From: an uncultured virus (IMG/VR IMGVR_UViG_3300025000_000004)
Taxonomy: Duplodnaviria > Heunggongvirae > Uroviricota > Caudoviricetes > Crassvirales
Direction: 5' to 3' (one strand)
Length of the DNA stretch: 37,756 nt
IMG/VR virus record: IMGVR_UViG_3300025000_000004
Under the pieces are notes generated by a model. It saw only the letters and a program-made list of their open reading frames with translations. It did not search any database and was not told where the DNA came from. Positions 33,782 to 37,756 of the stretch are shown here, one piece after another. The position numbers and the translations under genes were made by a program. Positions within the stretch are counted from its first letter, which is position 1. Every line of letters starts with the position of its first letter.

Positions 33782-35967
33782 GTAATATTATAGTTGCACA
33801 ACCTTGGGAAGGAGTACCTAATCCAATACGTAATACAGGTCAGGAGTATCTTAAATTCCTGAATACAGGAGTATTTCAGGAAGAAGGTAGAAATTTCTTA
33901 CGTCGTGGATATTATACTAATGCTCCATTTGGATCAAAAGATTATAATGATTACTGGGACGAACAGGAGAAACGTGTTATTAATGGGTATTCTGTTGGTG
34001 GAGTGAGAGTTACAGGAAGGCATTATTTCTACCTTAACTTTTGTCTTATTAAAGCAAGACCTATTGATCCTATAACAGGTGCTGAGAAGGAGGGTGAGAA
34101 CCGAAAGATCATTACCCTTCCGAGATTCTTGGATCATAATTTCTACTGGTTTCATGAATTTGAGAAATGTGCAGCTGAAGGACCTTGGAAGAATCACCCC
34201 AAGAAGGGAATGATTATTGCCAAGAGTCGTAGGAAAGGATTTACCTATCAGGTAACAGGGGGAGTCTATGGTTACAATTTCAATTTCATTCCTGCATCAA
34301 TGAATATTCTTGCAGCATATGAGAAAGGTCACTATAAAGTAACTCTTGACGGTATTCATCATACCATAAATCACGTTAACAGGATTACAGACTGGGGTAA
34401 AAAACAAGGAAAACTCTCTAAAAGAGACCATTTCAGAGCCTCTTTTGTGATCAAAAATCCATATACAGGAATTGAGATTGAAGATGGTTATATGTCTGAA
34501 ATACAGGCTGTTTCCTTCAAAGATAACCCTTTTAAGTCTATCGGGGAATCAACTGACCTTATGGGATTTGAAGAAGCAGGTAAATTTGAGCATCTTCTGA
34601 CTGCTTACACCATATCAGAACCTACATTCCGTGATGGAGACATCATGACAGGCATCCCTCTTATCTGGGGAACTGGTGGTGATATGGAAAAAGGTACGAG
34701 AGACTTTGCTGAAATGTTCTATGATCCTGAACCTTATGGACTTATGGCATATGAGAACATTTATGATGAGAACGCCACAGGAGATTGCGGATGGTTTATA
34801 GATGATATGTGGTACTATCCCGGCTCAGTCATTAAAACATACTATGTAGATGGTAAGGAGACAACTGAAGTTCTCCCCTTCGTTGATCAGGAAGGTAACT
34901 CAATGAGAGTTATTGCCGAACAGTCTCTTGATGAGAAGAGAATGAAGAGAAGAAGAGGGTCACGTTCTGCTTATAATAAGTTCGTTACCCAACAGCCTAA
35001 GAATCCGGCAGAAGCTTTCTTAAGAGTACAGGGTACAATGTTCGATACAATCAGGGCATCTGCAAGACTTTCTATGATTGAGACTAATAAAAAGACATAT
35101 GTCGACAGCATTTGGAAAGCTAACCTTGTTGTCGATCCGGCAGGAAACAAAATTAAATTTGAATATAATGAAACAGACCCACCACTCTACGATTTCCCAA
35201 TTAAAAGCAACAAGCACAAAGGAGTTATTGAAATCTACGAGATGCCAGTTACTAATGAGCTTGGCGAAGCTCCTTTTGGACGTTACATTGCTGGTATTGA
35301 CACTTACGATGACGATGAATCTACAACAAACTCTGTTGGTTCTATTCTTGTGCTTGATCTCCTTACTGATAGGATTGTTTGCCATTACAAAGGACGACCA
35401 GAAACAGCTGACAAATTCTTTGAAACGGTTCGGAAGATTCTTAAATTCTATAATGCAGTAGGTAATTACGAACGTAACAAGAAGGGTCTCTATGGTTACT
35501 TCTACAATAAGAACAACTTACATTTGCTTGTTGATGAGCCTGAAATACTTAGGGACAAGGGAATAAGCAAGTCCAATACTTTCGGTAATAACTCCAAAGG
35601 TACAATGGCTTCTCCTGCAGTTAATATGTACGGTCTCCAACGTTCGCTGGAATGGATGAGCAGTCCTGCGTACGGAGAACCTGAAGAATCTGAGATTATA
35701 AATCTTGATAAGATAAGATCCATACCTCTTCTTAAAGAGACTATCGGATGGAATCCTGATGATAACTTTGATGATATTTCTGCTCTTGGTATGTTAATGA
35801 TACTCAGGGAAGACAGGCTGAACTTCAGAGATAAGATAAATAAGAGTAAAGTGAAGACTGTTACTGGCGATGACTTCTTCAACCGTCATTTAGGAGAAGG
35901 TGGAAAAAGCTATAGTAATAAAAAAATAATGGATTTTCTTAGGACAGAAAATAAAAATAGTAACTAA
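33778..35967 (+). CDS. terL: Terminase large subunit (crAss-type)
   Basis: KSRRKGFT Walker A, FEEAG Walker B, GTGG, nuclease GIDTY...YERN...NFDDISA. Confidence 0.93.
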   Translation: MSNIIVAQPWEGVPNPIRNTGQEYLKFLNTGVFQEEGRNFLRRGYYTNAPFGSKDYNDYWDEQEKRVINGYSVGGVRVTGRHYFYLNFCLIKARPIDPITGAEKEGENRKIITLPRFLDHNFYWFHEFEKCAAEGPWKNHPKKGMIIAKSRRKGFTYQVTGGVYGYNFNFIPASMNILAAYEKGHYKVTLDGIHHTINHVNRITDWGKKQGKLSKRDHFRASFVIKNPYTGIEIEDGYMSEIQAVSFKDNPFKSIGESTDLMGFEEAGKFEHLLTAYTISEPTFRDGDIMTGIPLIWGTGGDMEKGTRDFAEMFYDPEPYGLMAYENIYDENATGDCGWFIDDMWYYPGSVIKTYYVDGKETTEVLPFVDQEGNSMRVIAEQSLDEKRMKRRRGSRSAYNKFVTQQPKNPAEAFLRVQGTMFDTIRASARLSMIETNKKTYVDSIWKANLVVDPAGNKIKFEYNETDPPLYDFPIKSNKHKGVIEIYEMPVTNELGEAPFGRYIAGIDTYDDDESTTNSVGSILVLDLLTDRIVCHYKGRPETADKFFETVRKILKFYNAVGNYERNKKGLYGYFYNKNNLHLLVDEPEILRDKGISKSNTFGNNSKGTMASPAVNMYGLQRSLEWMSSPAYGEPEESEIINLDKIRSIPLLKETIGWNPDDNFDDISALGMLMILREDRLNFRDKINKSKVKTVTGDDFFNRHLGEGGKSYSNKKIMDFLRTENKNSN

Positions 35968-35998
35968 ATTTACACAAACTTTGCAAAGTTAATAAAAA

Positions 35999-37756
35999 AT
36001 GATAGGAAACATTGTAAAAAAATCACCTCATTTTCCTTTTCAAAAAAGAAGTACCTCTTCTAAAGGAAAAGATTTCGTGGTGGAATGCATAGAAGCTGCA
36101 ATTCATTCAACGTATATGACTACCAATGATATCCTTCAATCAAAGAAGGATATGGCTGTAAACTACAATCTACGTGCAGATATACTTGATGAGAGAGATG
36201 TTGAGAAAGCGATAAATCCTTGGGGAATCAAGGGTGCAACGTTCCCAGCGAAAATGCAGAATTATCCGATAGCCAATCCTAAGATTGATCTGCTGTTGGG
36301 AGAAGAATCAAAAAGACGTTTTGACTGGAGGGTAACAGTTGTTAACCCGGATGCAGTTTCTGAGAAAGAAACGATGATTGCAGATATGATGAAACGTACT
36401 GTGGCAGAAGCAGTTGTAGCTAAAGACTATGATGAAGAAAAGCTTGCTGCTGAATTACAGAAACTACAAAAGTTTTCTAAATATGAAGCTCAGGACCTCA
36501 GGGAGAGAAGAGCCACTCATTATCTCCAGTATCTCTGGAAAGAACAGGAATTAAAGATTAAATTTAACAGGGGATTTGAAGATGCTCTTGTAGCAGGCGT
36601 TGAGATTTATCACGTTGATATAGTTGGAGGAGAACCTGTCGTTCGTAAATGCGATCCTCTTTCAGTCACTCTTGTAAGAGGCGGGAGTAGCTACATGGTT
36701 GAGGATGCTGATATTATTATTGAAGATACTTACCAGCCTATACGATGGGTTATTGATAATTACTATGATTATCTTTCGTCAGCTGAGATTGACAGGATTG
36801 AACGTGGTTACATTGGAACTGCAAAAAACGATCTTATAAATTACCAGTTTGGACAACCTGTACAGAATCCTTTAAGGATTGCTGCTACTACAGACGAAGG
36901 AGAAATCACTGCTTATTCAATGATTGATCTTGACTCTTATAGTCAGAATAACGTTGCTGCTTACGATGACAATGGAAACGTCAGAGTGGTTAAAGTCGTT
37001 TGGGTTTCGATGAGAAAGGTGGGAGAAGTCAAATGGTACGATGAAGAAGGTATCCTGCAAAAGAAACTTGTTGATGAAAATTATGTTCCTGATGAGGCTC
37101 TGGGAGAAAAAGTCGAATGGTTCTGGGTCAATGAATGGTGGGAAGGAACAAGAATAGCTGAAGACATATATGTTAAGTTCGGTCCACGTCCGATACAATT
37201 CCGCAGAATGGGTAACAAATCCATAGGTGGATCAGGATATGTAGGAACTATTTACAATACAAACACATCTCAGTCCAGATCACTTATGGACAGGATGAAG
37301 CCTTATCAATACCTATATAATATATTCATGTACAGAACGGAACTTGCTTTTGCGAAGAGTAAAGGTAAGATTGCTACGCTTGATACATCAAGAGTTCCCG
37401 ATGAGTGGACTATGGATAAGTGGATGTATTATGCAGAAATACTTGGTTGGGCAGTTGAAGATCCGTTCAAGGAAGGTAATAAAGGTGCTGCTACAGGAAA
37501 ACTTGCAGGGATGATGAATCAGAACAGCAGGGTTCTTGACCTTGAGATGGGTAATTATATACAGCAACACATCATGATGCTTGAGTATATCAAGCAGGAA
37601 CTTGGTGAAATTGCAGGTGTTACACAACAACGTCAGGGTATGATTGACAATCGTGAGACACTTGGTGGTGTGGAACGCTCTGTAACTCAGTCATCTCATA
37701 TTACCGAGAAATGGTTTATGATGCATGATAATACTAAACTGCGTGTGATTGAAACT
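35999..37756 (+). CDS. Portal protein (crAss-type), 3'-truncated by the window edge
   Basis: Open frame to the window end: MIGNIVKKSPHFPFQK...QNYPIANPKIDLLLGEESKR...SLMDRMKPYQYLY; follows terL. Confidence 0.88.
   Translation, partial: MIGNIVKKSPHFPFQKRSTSSKGKDFVVECIEAAIHSTYMTTNDILQSKKDMAVNYNLRADILDERDVEKAINPWGIKGATFPAKMQNYPIANPKIDLLLGEESKRRFDWRVTVVNPDAVSEKETMIADMMKRTVAEAVVAKDYDEEKLAAELQKLQKFSKYEAQDLRERRATHYLQYLWKEQELKIKFNRGFEDALVAGVEIYHVDIVGGEPVVRKCDPLSVTLVRGGSSYMVEDADIIIEDTYQPIRWVIDNYYDYLSSAEIDRIERGYIGTAKNDLINYQFGQPVQNPLRIAATTDEGEITAYSMIDLDSYSQNNVAAYDDNGNVRVVKVVWVSMRKVGEVKWYDEEGILQKKLVDENYVPDEALGEKVEWFWVNEWWEGTRIAEDIYVKFGPRPIQFRRMGNKSIGGSGYVGTIYNTNTSQSRSLMDRMKPYQYLYNIFMYRTELAFAKSKGKIATLDTSRVPDEWTMDKWMYYAEILGWAVEDPFKEGNKGAATGKLAGMMNQNSRVLDLEMGNYIQQHIMMLEYIKQELGEIAGVTQQRQGMIDNRETLGGVERSVTQSSHITEKWFMMHDNTKLRVIET

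Noticed and set aside
33778..37756. Genome-wide stop-codon reassignment as in some crAss-like phages
   Set aside because: Terminase, portal and replication genes are intact in code 11, TGA and TAG end genes, and no suppressor tRNA is in the window
1..37756. CRISPR array, integrase/att site or DGR reverse transcriptase
   Set aside because: No regularly spaced repeats and no recombinase or RT motifs seen

Overview
AT-rich segment of a crAss-like (Crassvirales-type) phage genome. A Bacteroidota host is inferred from many TTTG-N19-20-TAnnTTTG promoters, A-rich leaders with no Shine-Dalgarno, and a Bacteroidota-style lipoprotein. Genes run leftward (minus strand) from about 27.45 kb: small early-type genes with structured intergenic elements, a tmRNA, and an SSB-like gene. 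Next is a replication module: family B polymerase split by a group I intron, DnaA-domain-IV protein, SF2 and DnaB-like helicases, lysozyme, AAA ATPase split by a second group I intron, primase and RusA-like resolvase. Then come a four-gene cluster, an exonuclease, DUF932, Ung, six tRNAs, a PRTase and a radical SAM enzyme. Rightward from about 27.6 kb lie an EndoVII/HNH nuclease, small genes, a metallophosphoesterase, an HU-like protein, the large terminase and a partial portal. The most striking item is the four-gene cluster at 7342-11272, which reads as a complete phage-encoded ubiquitin-like conjugation pathway (Ubl precursor with Gly76, E2-like, JAB peptidase, E1/ThiF). Two parallel promoter / MKR mini-ORF hairpin / terminator units directly in front of tRNA genes are also notable. 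All calls come from manual motif reading; no database searches or folding programs were run.
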